Source of the DNA: Polyangiales bacterium
GTDB lineage: Bacteria > Myxococcota_A > Polyangia > Polyangiales > Ga0077539
Direction: 5' to 3'
DNA length: 64,000 bases
Assembly: GCA_046351515.1 (NCBI GenBank)
Contig: JAXLYJ010000005.1
Location: forward strand, 370,892-434,891
Positions 28,216 through 39,007 of the stretch are shown here, in pieces. The notes below the pieces were generated by a model. It was not told the DNA's origin and did not search any database. It worked only from the letters and a program-made list of their open reading frames with translations. The translations under genes and the position numbers were made by a program. Numbering within the stretch: the first letter of the stretch is position 1; every line of letters begins with the position of its first letter.

Positions 28216-29812
28216 TCAGGGGCTCTGTGGTGGCGCGGTCGCAGCCGTGCCGGGTTGCGCCGCGGCGCCTTCCACGCGAATCGCGTCGAGCTCTGCGTCG
28301 AGCTGCGCGACGAGCGCGGTGAACTGCGGTCGCAAATTCGCCGGGACTTGCCGCCTCCACGCGAGAAACGGCGCTCCGTCGATGAACTGCCCCGAGCGCT
28401 TGACGCTCCAGTGAAGGTGCGGGCCTGTGCTGCGCCCGGTCGATCCGACATAGCCGATCACCTGCCCGACGCGCACGCGCTGACCGAGCGAGATCGACGG
28501 CTCGAATCGAATCAAGTGCGCGTAGCCCGTCTCGAGGTTGAGCTGGGGATGCGAGAGGCGAACGAGGTTTCCCGTAGGGCCGCCCCATCCGCGAAACACC
28601 ACGATCCCGTCGCCCGCGGCCATGACCGGCGTGCCCGCAGGAGCTCCGAAGTCCGTCCCCTGATGGGGCATCACGCGATGCAACACCGGGTGCATGCGGT
28701 GCGGGTTGAACGGCGAGGTGATCCTCGGCGGATTGACCGGCGGTTGCAGCGCGCCCTGCACTTGCGCGGTTCCTTGCGCGTCGAAGTAATCGCCGCCGCG
28801 CGGTCCCGTCTGCATCCAATACCCGCGCTTGTTGCGTCCGCTGGCCGCGCGAAGCTCGATCGCTGTGATCTTCGCGTAGCGAAAGAAGCTGTCGTTGAGG
28901 CGCTCTTCATCGACGATCAACCGCACCGAGTCGCCTTCGTGCAGCGACGCGCCCAGGTCCAGCTCTCGAAACACCTGCTGCAACAGCGGAACGATGTCCG
29001 CGTGCAAGTGCGCCGCGCGCAGCGTGTCCTGCAGCGAGCCGCGGACGACGAAGCCGGCGCCGACGCGGATCGTGGATTTCACCACGCGGATTCGCTCTGC
29101 GCTGCACGAGTTGTCCGCCGCGACCGTGACCGCGATCACCTCGCTCTCGCCGCGACGGTACTCGACCCTGCGCAGCGCGTTGTCGCGCGTCGGATCGCGC
29201 TGCGCGACGACCACGTCCGTCGGCTGAAGCGCCCGCATGTTGACGAGCGTGCGCATCGACGAGATGACTTTGGTCTGGATATTTCCTGTCACTCCGAGCA
29301 GGCGGAGCACCTGCGGCAGCGTGCGTCCTCGCCCGAGCCGCTGATGCGTCGCGATCCAACCCTCGGGCGTCTGTGAAGAGCGGCGACGGAGCCACCGCGC
29401 TCGTCACGTAAGCGCCGCCGCCGTCCGCGCCGCCGTCGCCGTTGTCGAGGGACAGCGCGATCGCAGAAGAGCCCGTGTTTCCTCCGTCCGATGCGCTGGG
29501 CGTGGCCGCGTGCGCCGACGCGCCGAAGCCCGCGCGCGGCAGTCGCACTTTGTTCACCGCGACCGCGACGATCAGTCCGATCGCGCCGAGCGTCGCGCCG
29601 AGCCCGCCCGCGACCGCGCCCACGCGCGTCACGATGCGCCGCGTGTACATCGGCGCCTCGGGCAGCTGCACCATGGTCTTGGGCTGGCGCACGACCGGGT
29701 CTTCGCCGCTCGGAAGCTCGTCGAGATCCAGCGGCTCGGGCTCCGATGGGCGAGGCGGCGGCGCGACCACGCGTCGCGGCGGTTCCTCGATCGGTTCGGG
29801 CAGGTGGGCCAT
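28216..29812 (-). CDS. M23-family (LytM-like) metallopeptidase with N-terminal cytoplasmic segment and TM helix; apparent frameshift near 29370-29404
   Basis: C-terminal HxxxD...HLHWSV M23 motifs (PHQGTDFGAP, GPHLHWSVKR) in frame of 28216..29310. N-terminal MAHLPEP...TM(VGAVAGGLGATLGAIGLIVAVAV) in frame of 28907..30538. Stop in the downstream frame at 29404-29406 forces a +/-1 shift. Confidence 0.6.
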
Positions 29813-30231
29813 CGGCCGCTGGAGTGTGGCAGTGTTCGCGCCCTCGTGCACCCGCTCCTGTTCGTCCTTGCCCTCGCGCGCCCGACGGAGGTCCTCGAAG
29901 AGTGGACCCTGCTCGAGACCGCGCCCGTGCGCGAGCTCGTCACCGCGCGCGTCGTGTACGACCGTGATCGCGGCCCCGAAATCGCACTTCCAACGGTCTT
30001 CGACAGCGACCGCGCGCCTCCCTCGGTCGAACTCGTCGGCCACCTTCGACCGTTGGTGGTCACGCGCGTCGGAGCCTCGTGGCACGCGCGTTTGCCCGAG
30101 CCGACGAGCACGCCGCGGCCGCGCGTCGTGGTGCGATCGGTGCGTGAGGCGAGGGACGTTCGGCTGTTTCAGCTCGGATGGCCAGTCACGAACGGTGAGG
30201 CGATTCGCAGGGTGGCGATCGTTCCTCGCGG

Positions 30232-30801
30232 GTGGATGCAGGTGATGAGCGAGGGGTGGACGTGCGCCGACGATTCGATCTCGTCGATCGCGTGCGTCTC
30301 GATCGACACTCGTCCCAACCCGCTGCGCGTGCGCGTCTCGCCGCTCGCCTCTTCGCGCGGCGCGTGGATCGCGACGGCGGTCTTCTCCTCGCGCTCTGCG
30401 CGTTGTTGACGCTGCGAAAGCCGAAGACCGAGCGCCTGGCCGCTGCATCGACGTGGCTCGTCGCGCTGATCGCGACCAGCTCGGTCGCGCTCTCGCTCGT
30501 CGGCGCTCGCTGGACGTCCTGGAGCATCGCGCTCTCAACCGCAGCGCTCAGCGCGACGGCGCTCGCCGCGGTCGTGGGCTCCGATGACGGCGCTCGCCGC
30601 ACCGGCGCGATCGCTGCGCTCGCCATCGCGTTGCTCTCGGTCTTCGACGGGCGACCTTCGCTCTCGTTGGCGGCGCTCGCGGCGGCGTTGTTTGCGCTCG
30701 CTGGCGCTCGATGGATCAGCCGCGCGTCCCCGCGTCCGAGCCCACCGCGCACGGATCCACGACCATCGGAGGCGGAGGAGTCGCGTCCCCCGACACCGTG
30801 A
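30232..30801 (+). CDS. Possible small polytopic membrane protein (hypothetical)
   Basis: Ala/Leu-rich hydrophobic segments (3-4 predicted TM). Start uncertain; overlaps the 3' end of the next minus-strand gene. Confidence 0.3.
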   Translation: MDAGDERGVDVRRRFDLVDRVRLDRHSSQPAARARLAARLFARRVDRDGGLLLALCALLTLRKPKTERLAAASTWLVALIATSSVALSLVGARWTSWSIALSTAALSATALAAVVGSDDGARRTGAIAALAIALLSVFDGRPSLSLAALAAALFALAGARWISRASPRPSPPRTDPRPSEAEESRPPTP

Positions 30802-31887
30802 TCGGGACGAGCTCGAAGCGAAACGCGACGCTCATGGCGCTGCAATCCGCAGCGGGGTTGGGCACGCCGCTCGCGGTGATGTCGAGCGCCGCTGCGACGC
30901 CGAGCAGAACGGTCGTCCATTCCATCGTCGACTGTCGCTCTTGGCACACGCCGAAGGTGCGGAGGTCTTCGAAGATCTGATTGCGCGCCCAGATCGCGCT
31001 CAGATCCAAGGTGGTCACGTTGCCCATCGCGTCGAGTTGGCCCGAGAGGCGGATGTCCGTGAGCGTGATCTGCGTGCGAATTCGCGCGTTGGCGAAGTAC
31101 AGCGGGGCGTTGTTCGGAAACGGCATCACGATGGTGCCGCACGAGGAGAACGCGTCCGTGGTCGAGACGCGGATCGTGCGACCGTCGGCGCCGTAGGCGA
31201 GTCCGCGGTGGATGCTCCACTCGTCGCGTCCGTCCCAGTTGGGCATCGCGGTGGGGTTGGACGGCGGGTGACCGTCGACGAGCGGCAAGAGTTCGACGGT
31301 GATCGAGGCGTCATTTGCCCGCCAAAATCGCGGAGGCGCAGACCGATCGTCGACGACCCGTCGGCGATGTTGCTGTTGAGATCGCTCTCGTTGAACGAGC
31401 TGCCGAAGACGCCGACCTGGCCGATGACGCTGCCGAAGGCGTTGTCGCGGCCGTTCATCCCGTCGGCGAGCACGAGCGGCGAGCGGCACGGGACCATCGG
31501 CGCGCCGCCGCCCGGCGGGTTGGGGGTGGTGCACATTCCATCGCGATCGAAGCCGATGCCCGACCATGCGCCGCCTGCGCCCAACAACACGCGACGCACC
31601 GCGAAGACCTTGGTCGACCCGATGCTGTTCGCAAGCCCCGCCGGCAGCGACGGAACGATCGCCAAATCGCAGCCCGCTCCCGCGTCGCGCGTTCGCTGAG
31701 CACACGCGGCGGGGCCTCCGTCGCCGCTCGCGTCGCTGCTCGCGTCGTTGCGCGGCGCGAGGGCGTCGTTGCTCGCGTCGCCGCGGCCCATCAGCCGCGC
31801 GTACTCGGCGCGATCGAAGGCCTGACACGCGTGGGTCGCGGGGATGGCCAAGAGCGCAGCGCACAGCGTGAGCGTTCGGTGTTTCAT
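30716..31887 (-). CDS. Secreted Cys-containing hypothetical protein, paralog 1 of a tandem pair; apparent frameshift near 31305-31320
   Basis: Signal peptide MKHRTLTLCAALLAIPATHAC. N-terminal part is in the frame of 31126..31887 and the C-terminal part in the frame of 30716..31864. Shares DAG(A)GC...LAI(V/I)P, DGxxGRDNAFG, WDGRD(E/T)W and C-terminal motifs with paralog 2. Confidence 0.5.
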
Positions 31888-31897
31888 CGCGGAGCCT

Positions 31898-33069
31898 CTA
31901 AGGATCGACCGGCGCGCCGCCGTCGGAATTGCAGTTGTTCAGCTGAGGAAACGAGGTGCTCGCGACGCCTTCGACCGTGACCGGGCGCCACACCAACCGA
32001 AGCGCGAGCGTGGCTGCGTTGCACGCGACAGCGCTGTTTTGCGAGAGGTTGTTGAGCACGTCGAAGGCCTGCGAGATCGCGTCGATCCGGTCGTTGAACG
32101 TGCCGCTCGGACCGATCGGGGCGGGCAGTAGTCGAACCACGGCAGCGACTCGATGACGTTTTGCCTCGTCCACACGCCGATCAGATCGGTCGTCCCTCCG
32201 TTGGCGGGATCGAACGCGCCGGCGAGCTTGACGAGGTCGACCGACAACATGCGCAGCCGTCCGGTGTTGAGAAACGCGAGCGGAACGCGATCACCAAACG
32301 ACGCGACGAAGTAGCCACACGCCACGAACGCGTCGGACGAGCGCGCGCGAGGCGTCGTGGTGGACGGCGCGAACGACAGCCCGGGATCGATCGTCCACGT
32401 GTCGCGACCGTCCCAGGTCAGCGCCGTCGAGCCCGCAGGAGGGCGACCGTTGGTGAGCGTGAGCCAGTCGACCGAGACGTTGCGATCGTCGCCGCCGCCC
32501 CACTCGGTGATGCGCAATCCGAGCGCCAATCTCCCGGTTTGAAGCCCGTCGGTGACCTCGGTGTCGACGAGCGTTCGAGTGATGAGGAGGCTCGTCGCGA
32601 TCGCTCCGCCAAACGCGTTGTCGCGGCCATCGAGGCCATCGGCGACGATCTGCATGGGGCGGCACGACTGCTGTTCGGGCGTCGCCGTCGGAGCGGTGCA
32701 GCGTCGATCGACGTCGAAGCCGATTTGGCTCCAGTTTCCGAAGGAGCCAGGGCCGATGTCGAGTCGCTGCAACGCGAGGGTGTACGTGCGGCCGTTCGTC
32801 GGCTGATCGGCGAGCGCGCTCGGAGGCGCAGGGATGATCGCGAGCGAGCAGCCTGCGTCGTCTGTGGCGGTGCGCTGCAGGCACGCGCCTGCGCCGTCTT
32901 CGACGCTCGCCTCCGAGCCGACCGCGTCGAGCAGCGCGTGATAACGATCGCGGTCGAACGCCTTGCATCCAGCGAACGAGCACAGAATCGATCCGACGAT
33001 GAGCGAGCGAACGCGCACGACCCTCGAAGGGTAGCGCATCCGCGGCCTGGATCGCTGCACTGCAAACAA
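31898..33069 (-). CDS. Secreted Cys-containing hypothetical lipoprotein, paralog 2 of the tandem pair; apparent frameshift near 32140-32150
   Basis: ...LIVGSILCSFAGC lipobox. The body is in the frame of 31939..33069; the conserved C-terminus (GTFNDRIDAISQAFDVLNN...VACNAATLALRLV) is in the frame of 31898..32173, after the WFDYC motif. Confidence 0.5.
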
Positions 33070-33100
33070 GCGCCGCTCAGAATGGTACGCTGCCTTCGCA

Positions 33101-34216
33101 GTGGCGAAGAAATCAGTCGTGTGGGTCGTAGGTCGCGCGCCAGACTGCGACGTCGTCGTGGATCACCCGACGGTGAGCGGTCGGCACCTGCGAATTTCCT
33201 GGCAGGGTGATCGTGTGCTCATCGAGGACCTCGCGAGCGCCAACGGCACGTTCGTGGGAGAGCAGCGCGTCTCGAAGGCGACCGTTCGACCGGGCGATGA
33301 CGTGATGATCGGCCAGGTGGCCTTTCCGTGGGGCCACGCTTCGCTCAAGCCGTTTCTTCGCATGGCGGCGAAGGGCACGATCGTCGCGCCGCCGACGCTC
33401 GCGGGAAACGTCGCGCGATCGACGCTTCGAATCGTGGGCGTGTTCGTGGGCATCGGCGCAGCGCTGATCGGAGGGCTGTGGTTGACCGAGCCCGGCCGCA
33501 ATTTTCTGGCGTATTTGCGGCTGCAAGAGCAGGCGGCGACGGCGAGCACCGACGAAGAAGCGTTTGTCCGGACGACGATGGTTCCGCAGCTGCGCCGAGC
33601 GCTCGATCCGATGGAGCCCACCGTGCGCAACACCGCAGTGCAGCTCGCGGCGCGCAACGAGGGCACGTTTCGGGTGGAGCAGGTGGCCTCGATTTGGTCG
33701 TACGTGCGAGAGCACTGGCGGTATGTCAACGATCCGCGGGGGCGCGAGTACGTCGCGCTTCCTCGCGAGTCGATCCAGAACAACTACGCGGGCGACTGCG
33801 ACGACTTCGCGGTGACGCTCGCCGCGATGGTGCGCGCGATCGGCGGCGAGGCGCGCGTCGTGTTTATGGAGGGATCGCGCGGCGGCCACGCGTACGCAGA
33901 GGCGTGCGTGCAAGAGCCGGCGAACACCGTGGCGACGAAGATCGCGCAGTTCTATGGGCGCAATTGGGCGCGATACGCGTCGGGCCGACAGCACATCGCC
34001 TATCGCTCGTCGCAAGCGTGCCCCGTGTGGCTCAACCTCGATTGGAACGCGAACGTCCCCGGCGGCGACTACGAGCCCGAGCGCTGGGCGGTCGCCGCGT
34101 ACGCTGACGGTCACACCGAGGTGCTCGCGGTGGCGCCCGGCGCCGAGCCGACGGCGCGCGCGCGACAAGCGGCGACGGCGAGCGCTCCTCAGCGGCTCTC
34201 GACGCGCGGACGCTGA
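33101..34216 (+). CDS. FHA-domain protein with TM helix and C-terminal transglutaminase-like (papain-fold) domain
   Basis: N-terminal FHA (VVGRAPDCDVVVDHPTVSGRHLRISWQGDRVLIEDLASANGTFVGEQRV); TM LRIVGVFVGIGAALIGGLWL; transglutaminase core GDCDDFAVTLAAMVRAIG...GGHAYAE. Confidence 0.75.
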   Translation: MAKKSVVWVVGRAPDCDVVVDHPTVSGRHLRISWQGDRVLIEDLASANGTFVGEQRVSKATVRPGDDVMIGQVAFPWGHASLKPFLRMAAKGTIVAPPTLAGNVARSTLRIVGVFVGIGAALIGGLWLTEPGRNFLAYLRLQEQAATASTDEEAFVRTTMVPQLRRALDPMEPTVRNTAVQLAARNEGTFRVEQVASIWSYVREHWRYVNDPRGREYVALPRESIQNNYAGDCDDFAVTLAAMVRAIGGEARVVFMEGSRGGHAYAEACVQEPANTVATKIAQFYGRNWARYASGRQHIAYRSSQACPVWLNLDWNANVPGGDYEPERWAVAAYADGHTEVLAVAPGAEPTARARQAATASAPQRLSTRGR

Positions 34217-34233
34217 GAGGGCGTCGAGCGTGA

Positions 34234-36269
34234 CTACGCGGCGCGCTCGACGAGTCCGATGCGCGCGAGCAGCGCGTCTACGGTGGCGTCGCGGCCCATG
34301 AACTCGCGAAACAGCACGGCGGGGTCTTCGCTGTCGCCTCGAGAGAGCACGCTCTTGCGAAACGCCTCGCCGGTGGCGCGGTTGAAGATGCCCTCGCGCT
34401 CGAAGCGGGTAAACGCGTCGGCGTCGAGGACCTCGGCCCACTTGTACGAGTAGTAGCCGGCCGCGTACCCGACCGGGTCGGCGAACAAGTGGTTGAAGCT
34501 CGCGATCATCGCGTAGTCGTCGGGCAGCGGCGTGGCGGCGAACTGGCCCATCACTTCGCGCGCGAAGCGCACGACGTCGCCGTGCTTGGCGGGGTCGTAC
34601 GTGCGGTGCAGCTCGAGGTCCACCGTCGCGAACGAGAGCTGACGCATCTGCATCGTCGCTTCGCGAAACGTCCGCGCGCGCTTCATCTTGGCGAACAGCT
34701 CGTCGGGCAGGCGCTCGCCTGTGGCGTGATGCTTGGCGAGCAGCTCGAGGGCCTCGCGCTGCCAGCACCAGTTTTCATGGATCTGCGAGGGAAGCTCGAC
34801 GAAGTCCCACGCGACGCGGGTGCCGACCATTCCTCGGATGTCCACCGACGAGAGCGCGTGATGAAGGAGGTGTCCGAACTCGTGAAAGAGCGTCTCGACC
34901 TCGCGAAACGTGAGCAGCGCGGGGCGCTCGGCGGACGCGGGCGTGACGTTGGCGCAGAAGAGCCCCACCTGCGGCCCCTCGCTCGGCAGCGACGAGAGGA
35001 TCCCGTTCATCCACGCGCCGTCGCGCTTGTTCTCGCGCGGGTACAGGTCGATCGCGAAGCGGCAGAGCTCGCGCTCGCCGTCGAAGATCGAGAACGCGCG
35101 CACGCTCTCGTGATAGCGCGCGGCGTCTTCGCGCTCGCGCACCGAGAGGCCGTAGACGCGCTCGATCACCGAGAACATTCCGCGGACGACGGCGTTGGCC
35201 TCGAAGTACGGCCGCAGCATCTCTTCGTCGAAGGCGTACCGCGCGAGCCGCATCTTCTCGGAGTAGTACGAGACGTCCCACGGCTCGAGCTCGGGCGCCT
35301 TCGGCCCTTCGAGCTCGCGGCGAAACGCGAGCAGCTCGGCCTTCTCTCGCTCGAAGAACGGGACGGTCCTCCGCCGCAAATCATCGACGAATCGCGAGGC
35401 GGTCTCTCCGGTCTTCGCCATGCGATCGGCGAGGACGTAGTCCGAGAAGTCTTTGAAGCCCAAGAGCTGCGCTTGCTCTTTGCGAAGCGCGAGGATCTCT
35501 CCGAGCAGCGGTCGATTGTCGAACGGCTCGCGCGTCGCGCTGGTGTTGTACGCGTGCCACAGCGTCTTTCGCAGCGCGGCGTCGTTGGCGTACGTGAGCA
35601 CCGCGAGGTAGCTCGGCGACTGCAGGGTGAATCGAAAGCCCGTGAGTCCCTTGCTCTTCGCGCTCTCTTTGGCCATCGCGAGCGCCGAGGGCGGCAGGCC
35701 CGCGACCTTCGACTCGTCGCTGATCACGATGTCGAACGCGGCGTGCGAGTCCAGGACGTTCTGCGAGAACTTCGTGGTGATCTCGCTCAGGCGAGCGGCG
35801 ATCGCGGCGAGGCGCTCTTTGCCTTCGGGGGCGAGCTCGGCGCCCTGTCGACGAAAGCCGTCGAGCGTCTTGTCGAGAAAGCGCTTCTGCGGCCCGGTGA
35901 GCGCGCGCGCTTCGTCGGTCTTCGCGTAGCTCGAGACGGCCTGCCACAGCGCGGGGTCCAAGGGAATCTTCGAGTAGAACTCGCTCACCTTCGGCTGAAC
36001 GTCGTTGTACGCGTCGCGCAGCGCCGGCTCGTTCATCACGGCTTCGAGGTGTGAGACCACCGCCATCGCCCACTCGAGCTCGCGGGTGCTCTCGTCGAGC
36101 GCGCGCAGCGTGTTGTCGAAGGACCGCGGCCCGGTGAGCGCACAAATCGCCGCGATGCGCTGCTTCGAACGCGCGATCAACGCGTCGATGGCGGGACGAA
36201 CATGCTCAGCGCGCGGACGCGCTCGTACGGGGGATCGATGCTCAGTTCGAGCAGAGGGTTGTCGCTCAT
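34234..36269 (-). CDS. M3-family oligopeptidase A / peptidyl-dipeptidase (PrlC/Dcp-like); N-terminal 20 codons lie in a different frame (apparent 1-nt indel near 36205)
   Basis: HEFGHLLHH zinc motif; end-to-end similarity to E. coli OpdA. MSDNPLLELSIDPPYERVRA (ATG at 36267-36269) aligns to E. coli MTNPLLTPFELPPFSKIRPEH but is frame-shifted relative to the body ...EHVRPAIDALI. Confidence 0.85.
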
Positions 36270-36324
36270 GGAGGGGCGGAAGGATACCCTCTCGGCTGCC
36301 GCCCGCGAGGGCGACGGAGGCAGT

Positions 36325-36673
36325 CATGGCAAAGCTCACCCTCGACACCATCAAACGACTCGCACCGGACTCCAAGAGCGTCTCGAACGCCAAGAGCGTC
36401 GCCGACCCGCGCAAGTGGAGCGCCCTCGGCATCGACGAGGGCGGAGTGCTCTGGGGCGAGTACAACGGCAGCGAGCGCTACTCGCTCTACGCGTCGACGA
36501 GCGCGCCGTCGTCGGACTCGGGCTGCTCGTGTCCGTCGCGCAAACGCCCGTGCAAACACGTCCTGGGGCTGCTCATGCTCGCCGCGGGCGGCCACCCGAT
36601 CGAGACCAAAGCGATGCCCGATTACATTCGTGACGAGGCCAACGAGGCCTACTACGAATCGACCTTCGAATAG
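36325..36673 (+). CDS. SWIM zinc-finger protein (small, stand-alone)
   Basis: CSCPSRKRPCKHVLGLL = CxC...CxH SWIM signature; 116 aa; start ATG at 36325. Confidence 0.65.
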
Positions 36674-36685
36674 TCCCTGCGCACC

Positions 36686-37627
36686 ATGGCGACGAAGAAA
36701 AAGACCGAGCCGCTCAGCGCTGCGACGACGCACTCCGACGATCTGTCGCTCTCGGACAAAGAGCTCACGCAGCGAGTGTTCGAGCCCGATCGAACGACGC
36801 TCGAAGCCACGCGCGACGCGGTGCGAGACGTCGATGATCCCGCAGAGGCGTGGGAGCTGTTGGCTGGGCGAGGGATCGTTCCGAGCGAGTGGCTCGGGGA
36901 TGGTGATCGCGTGTTTGCCGAGGACGAGCGGCCGCCGGCGCTCGCCGAGCGAGGCTTCAACGACCAGCCGACGCGCGCGGCGATCCTGCGCTACCTCGAG
37001 GTCGGTCCGCGACTGTGCGACGCTCCTCCGACGGTGATCGCAGCGTGCTCGCTCGCGTGCGACATCCCCGGCGTCACCACGGCCGAGCGCGTGGCGCGAG
37101 AGGCTGTTCGACGCCTCGCTGCGTGGGGCGCGCCGCAGCCGTCGCGGGTGTGTTGGCGCATCGTCGACCCCGAGGACTGGGAGACGCAGCCCGGTGATTT
37201 TCGGCACATGCCCGCGGCGATGGCCGTCGGTGACGCGTACGTGCCGACGCCCACGACCGAGCGAACGATCATGCGCGCGAGGCTCTACGACTTCGGGACG
37301 CCCGCCTGGCGCGCGGCGTTCACGTGGGAGTGCGCCGCGCTCTGGCGCCTCGTGTCCAAAGGCAACCGCGTGATCGCCGCGAGCACGTCGCTCGCGCCCG
37401 ACTCGATCGCCGCGAGCGGATACCCGCCGATCCCGTCGGAGCTGAGAGCGAAGCGCTTCGCTGACGTTCCCAACCCGTTCGAGCCGCTGCTCTCGCTGTG
37501 GGCCGCGGGCTACGCGCTCGACGCGATCACCGAGCACACGATCGTGCTCGCGGCGCCGCGCGTGAAAGAGAAGCGAGCGGCGATCACCACCCCGAAGAAG
37601 CGTGCGTCCAAACGCAGCGCCGAGTGA
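36686..37627 (+). CDS. Hypothetical protein, co-directional partner of the SWIM protein
   Basis: 313 aa with no recognisable motif. Starts 12 nt after the SWIM gene stop. Convergent with the C1-TerB gene (stop codons abut at 37627/37628). Confidence 0.5.
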   Translation: MATKKKTEPLSAATTHSDDLSLSDKELTQRVFEPDRTTLEATRDAVRDVDDPAEAWELLAGRGIVPSEWLGDGDRVFAEDERPPALAERGFNDQPTRAAILRYLEVGPRLCDAPPTVIAACSLACDIPGVTTAERVAREAVRRLAAWGAPQPSRVCWRIVDPEDWETQPGDFRHMPAAMAVGDAYVPTPTTERTIMRARLYDFGTPAWRAAFTWECAALWRLVSKGNRVIAASTSLAPDSIAASGYPPIPSELRAKRFADVPNPFEPLLSLWAAGYALDAITEHTIVLAAPRVKEKRAAITTPKKRASKRSAE

Positions 37628-38887
37628 TCACTCTTCGATCTGCCACTCTTCGACGAGCTGCGCGAGAAGTCCCTCTTCGTCTTCGTTGAGCTCGTCCGAG
37701 CCGGCGATCTCCTGCGCCTTGCTGATGATGTTCGCGAGCATTCCCGCGGACAAGTGCTCGCCGAAGATCTGCACGGTCTCGTTGAGCAGCTCTTCGTTCT
37801 CGACGTGGCGCGCGGCGAAGCGGAGCACCTTTTGCGGGTCGAGCTCGGAGCCGATTCGCTCGAAGGTGTCCTGCAAGTGCGCGGCGAGCGTCTGCAGCTC
37901 TTCGTCGCTCACGTCTCCGTCAGCGTTGGCCACCACCAAGAAGAGCTGCGCCAGGCGACTCTCGAAAGGAACCTCTCCGCACGCGTCGTGAAACGCCTGA
38001 AACTCGTCCTCGCTCATGTTCGCGAACTCGTTGTCGATCTCGGGCAAGACCGACTCGTCGTCCTCGGACCAGCCCTCATCCGCGGCGACCGCGTCCACGC
38101 GGCGGATGATCCACGAGTCGCCGTTGTTGAAGCGCTCGTTCACGAGATAGTCGTACGGGATGTAGCAGTAGCCGTCGTCGCCCCAGTCGGTTCCCCACGA
38201 GTTGCGGACGATGAAGACTCGGTCTTGATCGCTGTATCCGACGGCGAGCATCGCGTGTCCGCCGTGCGATTCGCGCGACGATTCGCGGGGCGAAGGCATG
38301 GGAACGAGCCCCGGCTTTCGGTGCTTGTCGAACGAGCGAAACAGCGAGATCCCGAAGATGATCGGGTAGCCCTCGGCGAGCGCGCTCTTCCACGCCTCGA
38401 GGCGCGTGGGCACCACGGCGGTGTCCTCGATGAGAAACTCCGAGGCCTCTTGGTACGCCTCGTCGCTCGGCTGCTCATTGACGATCTCTGCGTCGAACGG
38501 CCACGTCGCTTCGGAGCACGCGCCGTACTGCTTCAAGCTCTCGATGAGCGAGCCGATCACCGAGCCTTCGTCCTCGTTCTCGATCCCGTCGACCGCGCGG
38601 CCGTTGTAGTAGATGAACAGTCGGCTGACGTCGTAGGCCTCTTCGCCGAGGTGGCGTTTGACCAGGTATTCGTACGCTCCGGCGACGGCGTTGGCTGCGC
38701 ACGAGTTGGTGTCTTCTTGGTTCTCGACCTCCGTGAGAAACGGTCGGAGGTCGACGCGGCGAGGCAGCTTCGAGCTCGCGGCGGAGGCGCTCGGCGCCCA
38801 CGTTCGCGTCCCTGGTTTCGGAGCGGCGTACCGATAGCCCGAGACCTGTCGGCTGCTTCCATCGGCGCGGTTGATGATGAAGCCCAT
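37628..38887 (-). CDS. Cytoplasmic papain-like (C1) cysteine peptidase fused to a C-terminal TerB-like domain
   Basis: Q...NSCAANAVAGAYEY (catalytic Cys), GGHAMLAVGY (His) and NSWGTDWGDDGY (Asn/Trp) C1 motifs. No signal peptide. C-terminal 130 aa LFLVVANADGDVSDEELQTLAAH... resembles the TerB/DjlA-N fold. Confidence 0.7.
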   Translation of the reverse strand: MGFIINRADGSSRQVSGYRYAAPKPGTRTWAPSASAASSKLPRRVDLRPFLTEVENQEDTNSCAANAVAGAYEYLVKRHLGEEAYDVSRLFIYYNGRAVDGIENEDEGSVIGSLIESLKQYGACSEATWPFDAEIVNEQPSDEAYQEASEFLIEDTAVVPTRLEAWKSALAEGYPIIFGISLFRSFDKHRKPGLVPMPSPRESSRESHGGHAMLAVGYSDQDRVFIVRNSWGTDWGDDGYCYIPYDYLVNERFNNGDSWIIRRVDAVAADEGWSEDDESVLPEIDNEFANMSEDEFQAFHDACGEVPFESRLAQLFLVVANADGDVSDEELQTLAAHLQDTFERIGSELDPQKVLRFAARHVENEELLNETVQIFGEHLSAGMLANIISKAQEIAGSDELNEDEEGLLAQLVEEWQIEE

Positions 38888-39007
38888 GACGAGTGGATCC
38901 TCCTGCCAGCGAGCGCGAGGGCGCTCGATTTTGTGTGCGGGCAGAAGGCTACTCGCCTCGCGCTCTGACGTTGAGCGCGAAGTGACGCTCCGTCGCGTGA
39001 CGCGGCG

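Noticed and set aside
25755-28322. 855-aa plus-strand ORF antisense to the GT39-like membrane protein
   Set aside because: Extreme Arg/Glu/Asp low complexity, no TM or domain signal. The opposite strand encodes a coherent 13-TM protein.
32161-33210. 349-aa plus-strand ORF across the paralog-2 / FHA-gene boundary
   Set aside because: An Arg-rich translation overlapping the conserved minus-strand paralog; no start context or domains.
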